Assembly: GCA_043798935.1 (NCBI GenBank)
Contig: JAZDOC010000006.1
Span: 24,996-88,995 of the forward strand
DNA length: 64,000 bases
Source: Patescibacteria group bacterium
Lineage (GTDB): Bacteria; Patescibacteriota; Patescibacteriia; UBA9570; JAHJKD01
Direction: 5' to 3'
The notes below the pieces were generated by a model that was not told where the DNA came from, did no database searches, and saw only the letters and a program-made list of their open reading frames with translations. A program made the translations under genes and the position numbers. Shown here one piece after another: positions 9,496 to 18,029 of this stretch (position 1 is the first letter of the stretch; the number at the start of each line of letters is the position of its first letter).

Positions 9496-10644
9496 ATGAA
9501 AATCGCAATGATTGGTCAAAAAGGAATCCCTAGTATCTACGGCGGTATTGAAAAACACGTCGAAGAGCTTAGTGTTCGTTTAGCCGATTTAGGCAATAAA
9601 GTTTATGTTTATACTCGTGCTTATTATACAGATAAAAACAAGAAAAAATATCAGACAGTAAATTTAATTAATTTGCCCACAATTCACACCAAACATTTAG
9701 ATGCCATTTCTCATACTTTGTTTTCAAGCGTTCACGCTTTATTTCAGGACTACGATATTATTCATTACCATGGCGTAGGCCCTTGTTTGTTATCATTTAT
9801 ACCAAGAATACTTAAACCGCAAGCTAAAGTAGTCTGCACTTTTCATTGCATCGACCGTCATCATCAAAAATGGGGGTGGTTTGCCAGATTCATGTTGTGG
9901 TTAGGTGAGCGCGCCGCCTGCACTTTTGCTCATGAAGTAGTAACAGTTTCCAAAAATCTGCAAAGCTATACTTATGAGGTTTATAATTGTCGATCACGTT
10001 ATATTCCTAACGGCATTAGTGAAGTACAAAATATCAAGCCATCCATCATTAGCCAAAAATACGGTTTAGATGGAAATGATTATATAGTAGTAGTCAGCCG
10101 TTTAATCCCGCATAAAGGAATTCATTATTTAATTGAAGCTTATCAAGGTTTAATTACTGATAAAAAATTAGTGATCGTGGGCGATTCTTCTTTTACAGAT
10201 CCTTATGTGCGAGCTTTAAAAGAACAAGCTGGTGGTAGTGATAAAATTATTTTTACTGGCTTTGAGTCTGGTCAAACTCTGGCTGAACTTTTTTCTAACG
10301 CTTATGTATATGTCCAACCATCTGAATCGGAAGGCCTTCCCATTTCAGTTTTAGAAGCCGCGGTTTATGGCAAGTGCGTGTTAGCTTCTGATATCCCGGC
10401 TAATATGGAAATTGTTCGAGAATGCGGTTTACATTTTGAAAACACAAATGTATCGGATTTACGTGAAAAATTAAAATTCGTTTTAGAAAATCCAGACGTT
10501 GTAGCCAAAACCGGTAAATACGCCAGAAAATATGTTTTAGAAAATTATAATTGGACTGATATTGTTAAAAAAACAGTTCGCATGTATCGCAAGCCATTAA
10601 AAGCGAATGCCCGAGAATTTTCCGGTTATAAAGCAACGGCTTAA
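9496..10644 (+). CDS. Glycosyltransferase family 4
   Basis: MKIAMIGQKGIPSIYGGIE, VSRLIPHKG, QPSESEGLPISVLEA. Confidence 0.92.
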   Translation: MKIAMIGQKGIPSIYGGIEKHVEELSVRLADLGNKVYVYTRAYYTDKNKKKYQTVNLINLPTIHTKHLDAISHTLFSSVHALFQDYDIIHYHGVGPCLLSFIPRILKPQAKVVCTFHCIDRHHQKWGWFARFMLWLGERAACTFAHEVVTVSKNLQSYTYEVYNCRSRYIPNGISEVQNIKPSIISQKYGLDGNDYIVVVSRLIPHKGIHYLIEAYQGLITDKKLVIVGDSSFTDPYVRALKEQAGGSDKIIFTGFESGQTLAELFSNAYVYVQPSESEGLPISVLEAAVYGKCVLASDIPANMEIVRECGLHFENTNVSDLREKLKFVLENPDVVAKTGKYARKYVLENYNWTDIVKKTVRMYRKPLKANAREFSGYKATA

Positions 10645-10670
10645 TTACATTATTAATATCAATGTGCTCT

Positions 10671-10752
10671 AATAGCCCCGCCCCTCACGGGCGTGGGCTA
10701 TTTTTAATTGAATGTTTAGCCCACTGGCATAAAGCCAGGGGCTAAATTTTTT
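10671..10752 (+). terminator. Two tandem GC-rich hairpins, each followed by a T-tract (double terminator or REP-like pair)
   Basis: AATAGCCC-CGCCC-ctcac-GGGCG-t-GGGCTATT+TTT (10671-10705) and TTTAGCCC-a-CTGGC-ataaa-GCCAG-GGGCTAAA+TTTTTT (10715-10752). Confidence 0.7.
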
Positions 10753-10812
10753 AATTTAATATTAATGATTGCTCTTGCTTATTAATAATGATATACTTAG
10801 AACCATAATTTT

Positions 10813-11235
10813 ATGAAAAAATTAATTCATCAATTTAGCAAATTCGTAATTGTTGGTTTTACAAATACGGCACTTGATTTTTTTTCGTATTTGGCGCTCA
10901 CCAGATTATTTGCTTTCTGCTTTAACCACCCGGTTTTTTCTGCCATGGTATCTTTTTTTATTGCTAATTTAAACAGCTATTTACTAAATAAATATTGGAC
11001 ATTTTCAAACAAAAACAAACAGCATCATGTGCAATACAGTAAATTTTTAATTGTTAGTTTAATCGGTTTGGGTTTAAATTTATTAATTTTTGGCAGTCTA
11101 GTCCACTTGCAAGTTTATGATTTAATAGCCAAGCTTATTCCAGTGCCAATAGTAATGCTCTGGAATTTTATCGCCAATAAAATTTGGACATTTAAAGATA
11201 CTAAAAGCGGGGTAGACAAAATTAGCTCTTTCTAG
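10813..11235 (+). CDS. GtrA family flippase-like protein
   Basis: QFSKFVIVGFTNTALDF, NSYLLNKYWTF, WNFIANKIWTF; four TM helices. Confidence 0.9.
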   Translation: MKKLIHQFSKFVIVGFTNTALDFFSYLALTRLFAFCFNHPVFSAMVSFFIANLNSYLLNKYWTFSNKNKQHHVQYSKFLIVSLIGLGLNLLIFGSLVHLQVYDLIAKLIPVPIVMLWNFIANKIWTFKDTKSGVDKISSF

Positions 11236-11250
11236 TATATTATAAGGGCT

Positions 11251-11982
11251 ATGATTGACGTTTCTATTATCATTCCTGCTTATAATGAAGAGCAGAGAAT
11301 CAGCCAAACTTTACGTGATTATTTGATATATTTCAGCTCTAAAAAAGCTGAAATTATTGTAGTTCTAAATGGTTGCATAGATAATACAATCGATGTTGTA
11401 AAAACATTTCAAACACAATATCCTGATTTATTAAAATATATTGAAATTTCGGAGGCTGTGGGAAAAGGCGGAGCTGTCCAAGCAGGCTTTAAACAAGCCA
11501 AAGGTAATATTATTGGTTTTGTTGACGCCGATGAATCTACTTCGCCGGTTGAATATGATAAATTAATCCATGCTTTACCGGGCAATGACGGCGTTATCGC
11601 TTCTCGCTGGTTAAAAAAATCAATAGTTAAAGAGCGCACCTTGCTTCGTAAAATAACCAGTAAACTTTTCGTTTCATTAGTAAAATTATTTTTTAATTTA
11701 CCGTATCACGATACTCAATGTGGCGCTAAGGTGTTTACTGCGTCAGCCATTAATAAAATTTTACCGCAATTAGAAGTAAAAAATATGGCTTTTGACGTTG
11801 AATTATTAATTGCTTGTCGGGCCAATGATTTAAAAATTAAAGAAGTGCCAACTTTTTGGGTTGATAAAACCAGCTCGGCTTTGCTGGGGTCAAAAATTAA
11901 ATTAATAAAAAGTGCTATACTAATGTTTAAAACATTAATAAAAATAAGAAAAAAAAATTATGGTCAAAAAAGCCATCTTTGA
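11251..11982 (+). CDS. GT2, polyprenyl-phosphate glycosyltransferase-like (Alg5/DPG synthase type)
   Basis: SIIIPAYNEE, GKGGAV, FVDAD, DTQCGAKVF, FDVELL. Confidence 0.85.
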   Translation: MIDVSIIIPAYNEEQRISQTLRDYLIYFSSKKAEIIVVLNGCIDNTIDVVKTFQTQYPDLLKYIEISEAVGKGGAVQAGFKQAKGNIIGFVDADESTSPVEYDKLIHALPGNDGVIASRWLKKSIVKERTLLRKITSKLFVSLVKLFFNLPYHDTQCGAKVFTASAINKILPQLEVKNMAFDVELLIACRANDLKIKEVPTFWVDKTSSALLGSKIKLIKSAILMFKTLIKIRKKNYGQKSHL

Positions 11983-13003
11983 TAAAAAAAATATATTAGT
12001 AATCGGCGGCGCCGGTTTTATCGGTTCTTTTTTATGCGACGAACTAGTTAAAACAAGCAAAGTAATTTGTATTGATAACTATATTTCTGGACGAATTGAA
12101 AATATAGAGCACTTATTGGGTAATGCTAATTTTATTTTTATTAAACACGATGCCGCGGAGCCCATTGACTTGGAAAAATTTCCGGAATTGGACAAATTTA
12201 AAATAAAATTTCAAGGTGTGCAAGAAGTTTACAATTTAGCTTGTCCAACCATTAAAAAAGATTTTGAAAAAAATATTGTAAATACTCTGTTGGCTAATTC
12301 TAAAGTTGTATACAACAGTTTAGAAGTCGCCAGAACTTATCAGGCTAAATATTTACTTGCTTCATCATCGTCTGTTTATGGAAATCCTTTGGCCGGACAG
12401 GAAGAAATGACCGAAGATTATTGGGGATTTGTTGATCCGGTTGGTCTTAGAAGCTGCTACAATGAAGGTAAGCGTTTTGCTGAAGCGTTTACAATTAATT
12501 ACGGTCGTCAGTATAATCTGGAAACTAAAATTGCCAGAATTTTCAACACTTATGGCCCGCGCATGCGTTTAAATTCCGGGCGCATGATCCCGGATTTTGT
12601 CCAATCGGCCGCTAATAACCAGGCGGTTGTGATCTACGGCGATGGCTCTGAACAAGACAGCTATTGTTATGTTGCCGATATTATTGACGGCTTGATTAAA
12701 TTTATGACTGCTTCTAAAACAGGCGTCATTAATTTTGGCGGGGCTGAAAAATATCGTATTATCGATATCGCTAATAGTATTATTCAGTTAACTGATTCTC
12801 ATTCTAATATTAAATTTGATGCTAAATTACCGTTTATCATCCGCGCCGGCCGAGCGAACATTACTAAAGCTAAAACTGAATTAAGCTGGATACCGGTTAC
12901 AAATTTAGCCACGGGTTTAAAGAAAACTGTCGACGACATGTTAGGTAGCCGAGTGCTCTCTTATGCATCAGTAATGAATAATTTAACTAATAATGAATCA
13001 TGA
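11960..13003 (+). CDS. NAD-dependent epimerase/dehydratase, UDP-glucuronate decarboxylase (UXS)-like
   Basis: GGAGFIG, NLACP, EDYWGFVDPVGLRSCYNEGKRFAE, ARIFNTYGPRM. Confidence 0.8.
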   Translation: MVKKAIFDKKNILVIGGAGFIGSFLCDELVKTSKVICIDNYISGRIENIEHLLGNANFIFIKHDAAEPIDLEKFPELDKFKIKFQGVQEVYNLACPTIKKDFEKNIVNTLLANSKVVYNSLEVARTYQAKYLLASSSSVYGNPLAGQEEMTEDYWGFVDPVGLRSCYNEGKRFAEAFTINYGRQYNLETKIARIFNTYGPRMRLNSGRMIPDFVQSAANNQAVVIYGDGSEQDSYCYVADIIDGLIKFMTASKTGVINFGGAEKYRIIDIANSIIQLTDSHSNIKFDAKLPFIIRAGRANITKAKTELSWIPVTNLATGLKKTVDDMLGSRVLSYASVMNNLTNNES

Positions 13004-13941
13004 AAAATAAAAAAACAGTTTTAGTTACCGGCGGCGCCGGTTTTATTGGTTCGCATATTGTCGATAAATTAATTGTTAATAAATATCAAGTTATAGTAGT
13101 CGATGATTTATCTTGCGGTTGCGAGAAAAATGTAAATAAAAAAGCCGTATTACATAAGCTTAAAGTTCAAGATGAAAAGCTAGAAAATATTTTCAAAAAA
13201 AATAAATTTGATCATGTTTTTCATTTAGCGGCCCAAAAAAATGTTCGGGTTTCAGTGGATAATCCTATTCAAGACGCCAAAGATAATATTATCGGATCTT
13301 TGAATCTGCTGGAAAATTGTCGAAAATATAAAATTAGAAAAATAATTTTTTCGTCAACCGGCGGAGCTATTTATGGTGATACAAATATTTTACCAACTAC
13401 CGAGTCTCATTTGAATGCGCCAATTTCGCCTTATGGAGTGGCAAAATTATCCGTGGAAAAGTATTTGCATTATTATAATAAAGTGCATAAAATACGCTAC
13501 GTATGTTTGCGTTACGCCAACGTGTATGGGCCACGACAAGATCCCAAAGGTGAAGCTGGAGTAGTGGCAGTTTTCATTTCGCAATTATTAAAAAAATATA
13601 CCCCAGTTATTAATGGTAATGGCAAACAAACCAGAGATTATGTTTTTGTTGATGACGTGGTTCAAGCTAATATTTTAGCCATGAAGGAAAAAGCACAGGG
13701 GATTTATAATGTTGGTACCGGCATAGAAACTGATGTAAATAAATTATTTTTCGAAATTGCAAAAGGCATGAACTTGAAAATTAAGCCCAAACACGGCCCG
13801 GCATTAATCGGCGAGCAAATGACAAGTTGTTTAAGTAATAAAAAAATAAAAAAAGAATTAAATTTTAAAGTCGGCACAAATTTAACTGTCGGTATAAAAG
13901 AAACCATAAATTGGTTTAATGATAATTTTAAAAATAATTAA
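13000..13941 (+). CDS. NAD-dependent epimerase (UDP-hexose 4-epimerase-like extended SDR)
   Basis: TGGAGFIG, FSSTGGAIYG, PYGVAK, RYANVYGPRQDPKGEAGVVA. Confidence 0.85.
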   Translation: MKNKKTVLVTGGAGFIGSHIVDKLIVNKYQVIVVDDLSCGCEKNVNKKAVLHKLKVQDEKLENIFKKNKFDHVFHLAAQKNVRVSVDNPIQDAKDNIIGSLNLLENCRKYKIRKIIFSSTGGAIYGDTNILPTTESHLNAPISPYGVAKLSVEKYLHYYNKVHKIRYVCLRYANVYGPRQDPKGEAGVVAVFISQLLKKYTPVINGNGKQTRDYVFVDDVVQANILAMKEKAQGIYNVGTGIETDVNKLFFEIAKGMNLKIKPKHGPALIGEQMTSCLSNKKIKKELNFKVGTNLTVGIKETINWFNDNFKNN

Positions 13942-13953
13942 TATAATAACATC

Positions 13954-15261
13954 ATGAAAATTAGCGTTATTGGAACCGGATATGTAGGATTAGTATCCGG
14001 AACATGTTTAGCAGATATCGGTCATCAAGTTAATTGCTTGGATATCGATGAACAAAAAATAAAAAATTTAAACAGTGGAATCATTCCAATTTATGAACCC
14101 GATCTAGAGCAGTTAGTAAAACATAATATTGAAACCGGACGATTAACTTTTTCTACATCATTAAAAGATAATCTTAATGATAGTGAAGTAGTTTTTATCG
14201 CTGTGGGAACACCTTCAGCTGAAGACGGCCAAGCCGATTTACAGTATGTCTATGCTGTGGCTGAAGAAATTGGAAAGAATATCAATGGTTATAAAGTGAT
14301 TGTTGATAAAAGTACAGTACCGGTTGGTACGGGTAAAGAAGTGGAAAATATCATTAAAAAATATTATAACGGAGAATTTGATGTAGTGTCATGCCCGGAA
14401 TTTTTACGTGAAGGTTCAGCAGTCAAAGATTTTTACGAACCGGATAGAATAGTAATCGGCGTGCGAACTGAAAAGGCCGGAAAAATTATGCAGGATGTTT
14501 TTAAAGATGTTAAAGGAGAAAAATTTATTACTACTGTTGAAAGCGCAGAGCTAATTAAGTACGCTTCTAACGCTTTTTTAGCCACTAAAATTTCTTTTAT
14601 TAATGAAATTGCACATATCTGTGAAAAAGCCGGTGGTGATATCGAAGAAGTGGCTTATGGTGTAGGCTTAGATCAAAGAATCGGCTCTAAATTTTTAAAA
14701 GCCGGCATTGGCTGGGGAGGGAGTTGTTTTCCAAAAGATGTTAAAGCCTTGGATCAAATTGCCGGTAGCCATGGTTATGATTTTAAATTATTAAAATCGG
14801 TAATTGAAGTGAATAAACACCAACGCGATCATTTTGTTGATAAGATTAATAATTTTTTTAGTAACGATTTAAAAGGAAAAAAATTATGTGTTTTAGGCTT
14901 GGCGTTTAAAAATAATACCGACGATATCCGCGAATCGGCCGCGATTGACATTATAAAATTATTAATTCCTAGCGATGCTGATATTCATGCTTTTGATTAT
15001 GAAGCCACGGAAAACGCCAAACGAGTTTTAGGAGATAAAATAACTTATGCCGTTGATCCTTACGAAGCTATTAAAGACAGCGATGCTGTTTTAATAGTGA
15101 CGGAATGGAAAGAATTTAAAGAGCTGGATTGGTCGCGCATTCGCACATTAGTAAAAAATAAAGTTGTTTTTGACGGTCGTAATTTATTAAGCCGATCCAA
15201 AATGAAAGAGCTTGGTTATGCGTATTTTAGCATTGGAAAAAACGGCGAACATTTACAATAA
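13954..15261 (+). CDS. ugd: UDP-glucose 6-dehydrogenase
   Basis: GTGYVG, FIAVGTP, KSTVPVGT, PEFLREG, catalytic GGSCFPKD, GLAFK..TDDIRES. Confidence 0.92.
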   Translation: MKISVIGTGYVGLVSGTCLADIGHQVNCLDIDEQKIKNLNSGIIPIYEPDLEQLVKHNIETGRLTFSTSLKDNLNDSEVVFIAVGTPSAEDGQADLQYVYAVAEEIGKNINGYKVIVDKSTVPVGTGKEVENIIKKYYNGEFDVVSCPEFLREGSAVKDFYEPDRIVIGVRTEKAGKIMQDVFKDVKGEKFITTVESAELIKYASNAFLATKISFINEIAHICEKAGGDIEEVAYGVGLDQRIGSKFLKAGIGWGGSCFPKDVKALDQIAGSHGYDFKLLKSVIEVNKHQRDHFVDKINNFFSNDLKGKKLCVLGLAFKNNTDDIRESAAIDIIKLLIPSDADIHAFDYEATENAKRVLGDKITYAVDPYEAIKDSDAVLIVTEWKEFKELDWSRIRTLVKNKVVFDGRNLLSRSKMKELGYAYFSIGKNGEHLQ

Positions 15262-15265
15262 AAAT

Positions 15266-16204
15266 ATGAAACTGATTGTTAATATCCCTTGTTATAATGA
15301 GGAAGAAAATTTAGCCAGTGTTATTAAAGAGATCCCGCGATCGATTGAAGGTTTGGAATCGGTGGAAGTTTTAGTTTATGATGATGGTTCAACCGATGGT
15401 ACCGCGCAAATTGCAAAAAGCGCTGGGGCTGATTATGTAATTTCTCATAAAAAAAACAAGGGTTTGGCCGCCACGTTTAAAGATGCAATCTGGGAAGCAG
15501 TAGTACGCGGAGCTGATATTATAGTTAATACCGACGGCGATAATCATTATGATCAGTCCAAAATTGCCACTCTAATTGAACCGATTTTAAAAAAACAAGC
15601 CGATATTGTAATTGGCTCCAGAAAGAACCTGAATACAAAAAATAAAAATTTAAACAAATTTGGCAGTTTTGTAATGACTAAATGGGCTGGTATGCCTAAG
15701 TATGATGTTTCGACCGGATTTCGAGCGTATAATCGTGAAGCCGCATTAAAAATAGGAATATATTCACCACATACTTATTGTCATACTACTTTATTTTCGG
15801 CTCAAGATTTAAATTTAACAGTTAAACAAATTGCCATTGCTGATAGACCTGTTTCCAGACCATCAAGATTAATTAAAAATGTGCCTGATCATATTTGGAA
15901 AGCCGGCTGGAATATTGTTGGTAATGTGGTGATATTTAGATCTATGCGTTTTTTCGGATTTACCGGAGCGTTGTTGTTAATTTTGGGTTTATACCCCATG
16001 CTTAGGTTTGCGTATTATTATATTGTCGAGCAAGGTAATGGCCATATTCAATCTTTAATCGTTGGATCCATGTTAATGATGATTGGATATTTAAACATTG
16101 TTTTAGGACTGCTTGGCTCTTCAATCGGTTGGTCTCGAAAAGTATCTGAAGAAGCATTATATCGAATTAAAAAGATTGAATTAGATAAAAATAAAGAAGA
16201 GTAA
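15266..16204 (+). CDS. GT2, polyprenyl-phosphate sugar synthase-like, with two C-terminal TM helices
   Basis: IPCYNEEE, DDGSTDGT, NTDGDNHY, DVSTGFRAY. Start ATG 15266. Confidence 0.85.
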   Translation: MKLIVNIPCYNEEENLASVIKEIPRSIEGLESVEVLVYDDGSTDGTAQIAKSAGADYVISHKKNKGLAATFKDAIWEAVVRGADIIVNTDGDNHYDQSKIATLIEPILKKQADIVIGSRKNLNTKNKNLNKFGSFVMTKWAGMPKYDVSTGFRAYNREAALKIGIYSPHTYCHTTLFSAQDLNLTVKQIAIADRPVSRPSRLIKNVPDHIWKAGWNIVGNVVIFRSMRFFGFTGALLLILGLYPMLRFAYYYIVEQGNGHIQSLIVGSMLMMIGYLNIVLGLLGSSIGWSRKVSEEALYRIKKIELDKNKEE

Positions 16205-16226
16205 TAAAACACTTCGATTCTTTTTT

Positions 16227-17249
16227 ATGAAAATACTATTTATTACCAGAAAGTATCCGCCGCAAATTGGAGGCATGGAAGCCTTTTCTTTTGGACTGAT
16301 TAATAATATTAAATGTGATAAAGAAATAATCGCTTTAAATAAAAAGCAAATTCATTTGCTTTGGTGGCTACCTTATGCATTAATTTTAACTTTATTTAAA
16401 GCGCGTCGTGTCGAGCACATACATTTAGGTGACGGACTGTTAGCGCCGATTGGATTTTTAATAAAAAAAATTTACCGCAAACCGGTATCAGTGACAGTTC
16501 ATGGATTAGACATTACTTATAATAATTTCATTTATCAAAATATAAATGTTAGAGCTCTGAAACATTTAGATAAAATTATTTGTGTTAGTAGTAGCACTAA
16601 GCAGGATTGTATTGAAAAAGGAGTTAGCGAAAGTATAATCGAAATTATTCCAAATGGTATTGATATAAATAAATTTTCAATTTTCAATTTTCAATTTTCT
16701 TCTTCACAAAATAAAATTTTACTAACTGTGGGTCGTTTAGTGAAAAGAAAAGGCGTGGAATGGTTTATTAAAGAAGTAATGCCTAAATTAGATCAAAATA
16801 TTATTTATTTGATTGCCGGTGATGGTCCGGAAATGCAAAATATTCATCATCAAATAATAAATTTAAATTTAGAACACAGAGTAAAATTATTAGGCAGAAT
16901 TAGTCATGAAAAATTAATCGAACTATATAATACAGCTGATCTATTCATTATGCCTAATATTCATGTAAAAGGGGACACAGAAGGGTTTGGAATTGTGGCG
17001 CTTGAAGCCGGCGCTTGCGGATTAATGACTCTAGCAACTGATATTGATGGTATCAGAGATGTTATTAAAGATAATGAAAATGGGTATTTATTGCCAGATA
17101 GAGATGCTCTAATGTGGGCTAATAAAGTGAATGAAATTATCAAGAGTGATTATGAAAGAATCAAAATATGTTCTTATATTCATAGGAATTATTCTTGGAG
17201 AGAAATAACTAATCAATATAAAAAAATATGGGAATCGAAAAAACATTAA
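16227..17249 (+). CDS. Glycosyltransferase family 4
   Basis: TRKYPPQIGGME, TVGRLVKRKG, EGFGIVALEA. Confidence 0.92.
   Translation: MKILFITRKYPPQIGGMEAFSFGLINNIKCDKEIIALNKKQIHLLWWLPYALILTLFKARRVEHIHLGDGLLAPIGFLIKKIYRKPVSVTVHGLDITYNNFIYQNINVRALKHLDKIICVSSSTKQDCIEKGVSESIIEIIPNGIDINKFSIFNFQFSSSQNKILLTVGRLVKRKGVEWFIKEVMPKLDQNIIYLIAGDGPEMQNIHHQIINLNLEHRVKLLGRISHEKLIELYNTADLFIMPNIHVKGDTEGFGIVALEAGACGLMTLATDIDGIRDVIKDNENGYLLPDRDALMWANKVNEIIKSDYERIKICSYIHRNYSWREITNQYKKIWESKKH
16672..16699 (+). repeat. Intragenic heptamer tandem repeat (AATTTTC)x4
   Basis: Four perfect copies, encoding KFSIFNFQFS in the GT4 linker region. Confidence 0.9.
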
Positions 17250-17629
17250 GAACCGGTTTAGCAGCGGCTTTATTATCATCTGCGCCTGACGTCTTGGCCG
17301 GAAGAATAGATACTAATGAGGCTACAATTCATGCTGAAAAAAAGGAGTTTATGGATGCGTATAATGGAGCCATAGTAAACGAACCTGGTGCAACGCAGAT
17401 GTTTATCGACCTAGCTAATACATATTGGTATTCAGATCTGTTAGATTCAAATGAAGCGAAAAATTTCTGTGTTTGTATTTTAGAAGTCGCGGAAAATAAT
17501 AATAAAGCGTACGATGCGCTGAAATTAATAATATCAGATAGTAATTTTGCATTGAATTTACATGCAACTACTGCAGAAGAGACAAAATCATTACGACTAA
17601 GATTAGGTTTATTATTAGCTAATAAATAA
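17228..17629 (+). CDS. Hypothetical, probably secreted protein
   Basis: Signal-peptide-like MGIEKTLRTGLAAALLSSAPDVLA; overlaps upstream gene end; no family recognised. Confidence 0.55.
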   Translation: MGIEKTLRTGLAAALLSSAPDVLAGRIDTNEATIHAEKKEFMDAYNGAIVNEPGATQMFIDLANTYWYSDLLDSNEAKNFCVCILEVAENNNKAYDALKLIISDSNFALNLHATTAEETKSLRLRLGLLLANK

Positions 17630-17644
17630 AATTTTAATAATATA

Positions 17645-17683
17645 TTGACAATGCACTCTAATAGCACTACAATAAGAGTGTAT
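17645..17683 (+). promoter_or_regulatory. Sigma70 promoter of the sat-cysC operon overlapped by an inverted repeat (candidate operator)
   Basis: TTGACA (17645-17650), 17 nt, TACAAT (17668-17673); IR ATGCACTCT (17651-17659) / AGAGTGTAT (17675-17683), 8 of 9 complementary. Confidence 0.75.
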
Positions 17684-17758
17684 TTGATTAACACAAGGTT
17701 AATCAAAATATTTAAATAATTAAAGTTATGACCCAGCTTGCCTAGGTCAGAATAAAAA
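17683..17758 (+). ncRNA. Candidate structured 5' leader element, copy 1
   Basis: TTTGATTAAC-ACAAG-GTTAATCAAA hairpin, then GTTATGACCCAGCTTGCCTAGGTCAGAATAAAAA (17725-17758); second copy at 51557-51635. The repeat is clear; an RNA-level function is inferred. Confidence 0.55.
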
Positions 17759-17762
17759 TTTT

Positions 17763-17987
17763 ATGGCCGAAATTATTATCCCTAATGATTTGAAAGAATC
17801 GTTAGAACAAATTGTAAAAGATTCTAATGAATTTAGCAGTGTTAATGATTATGCTACTTACATTCTTAAACAAGTAGCCGATAAGAAAAAAGCTTCTCAA
17901 ACACAATCTCATCAAGATCAGGCTTATTCTAAAGAAGATGAAGCTAAAATAAAAGAACGACTTCAAAATCTTGGTTATCTAGATTAA
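17763..17987 (+). CDS. Small ribbon-helix-helix (CopG-like) protein with C-terminal ERLxxLGYL tail
   Basis: Beta strand AEIIIP, helix DLKESLEQIVKD, FSSVNDYATYILKQ helix; ends EDEAKIKERLQNLGYLD. Confidence 0.7.
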   Translation: MAEIIIPNDLKESLEQIVKDSNEFSSVNDYATYILKQVADKKKASQTQSHQDQAYSKEDEAKIKERLQNLGYLD

Positions 17988-18029
17988 ATTACAAATTGAT
18001 TAAAAATTGAAAAATTAATTATATATATT

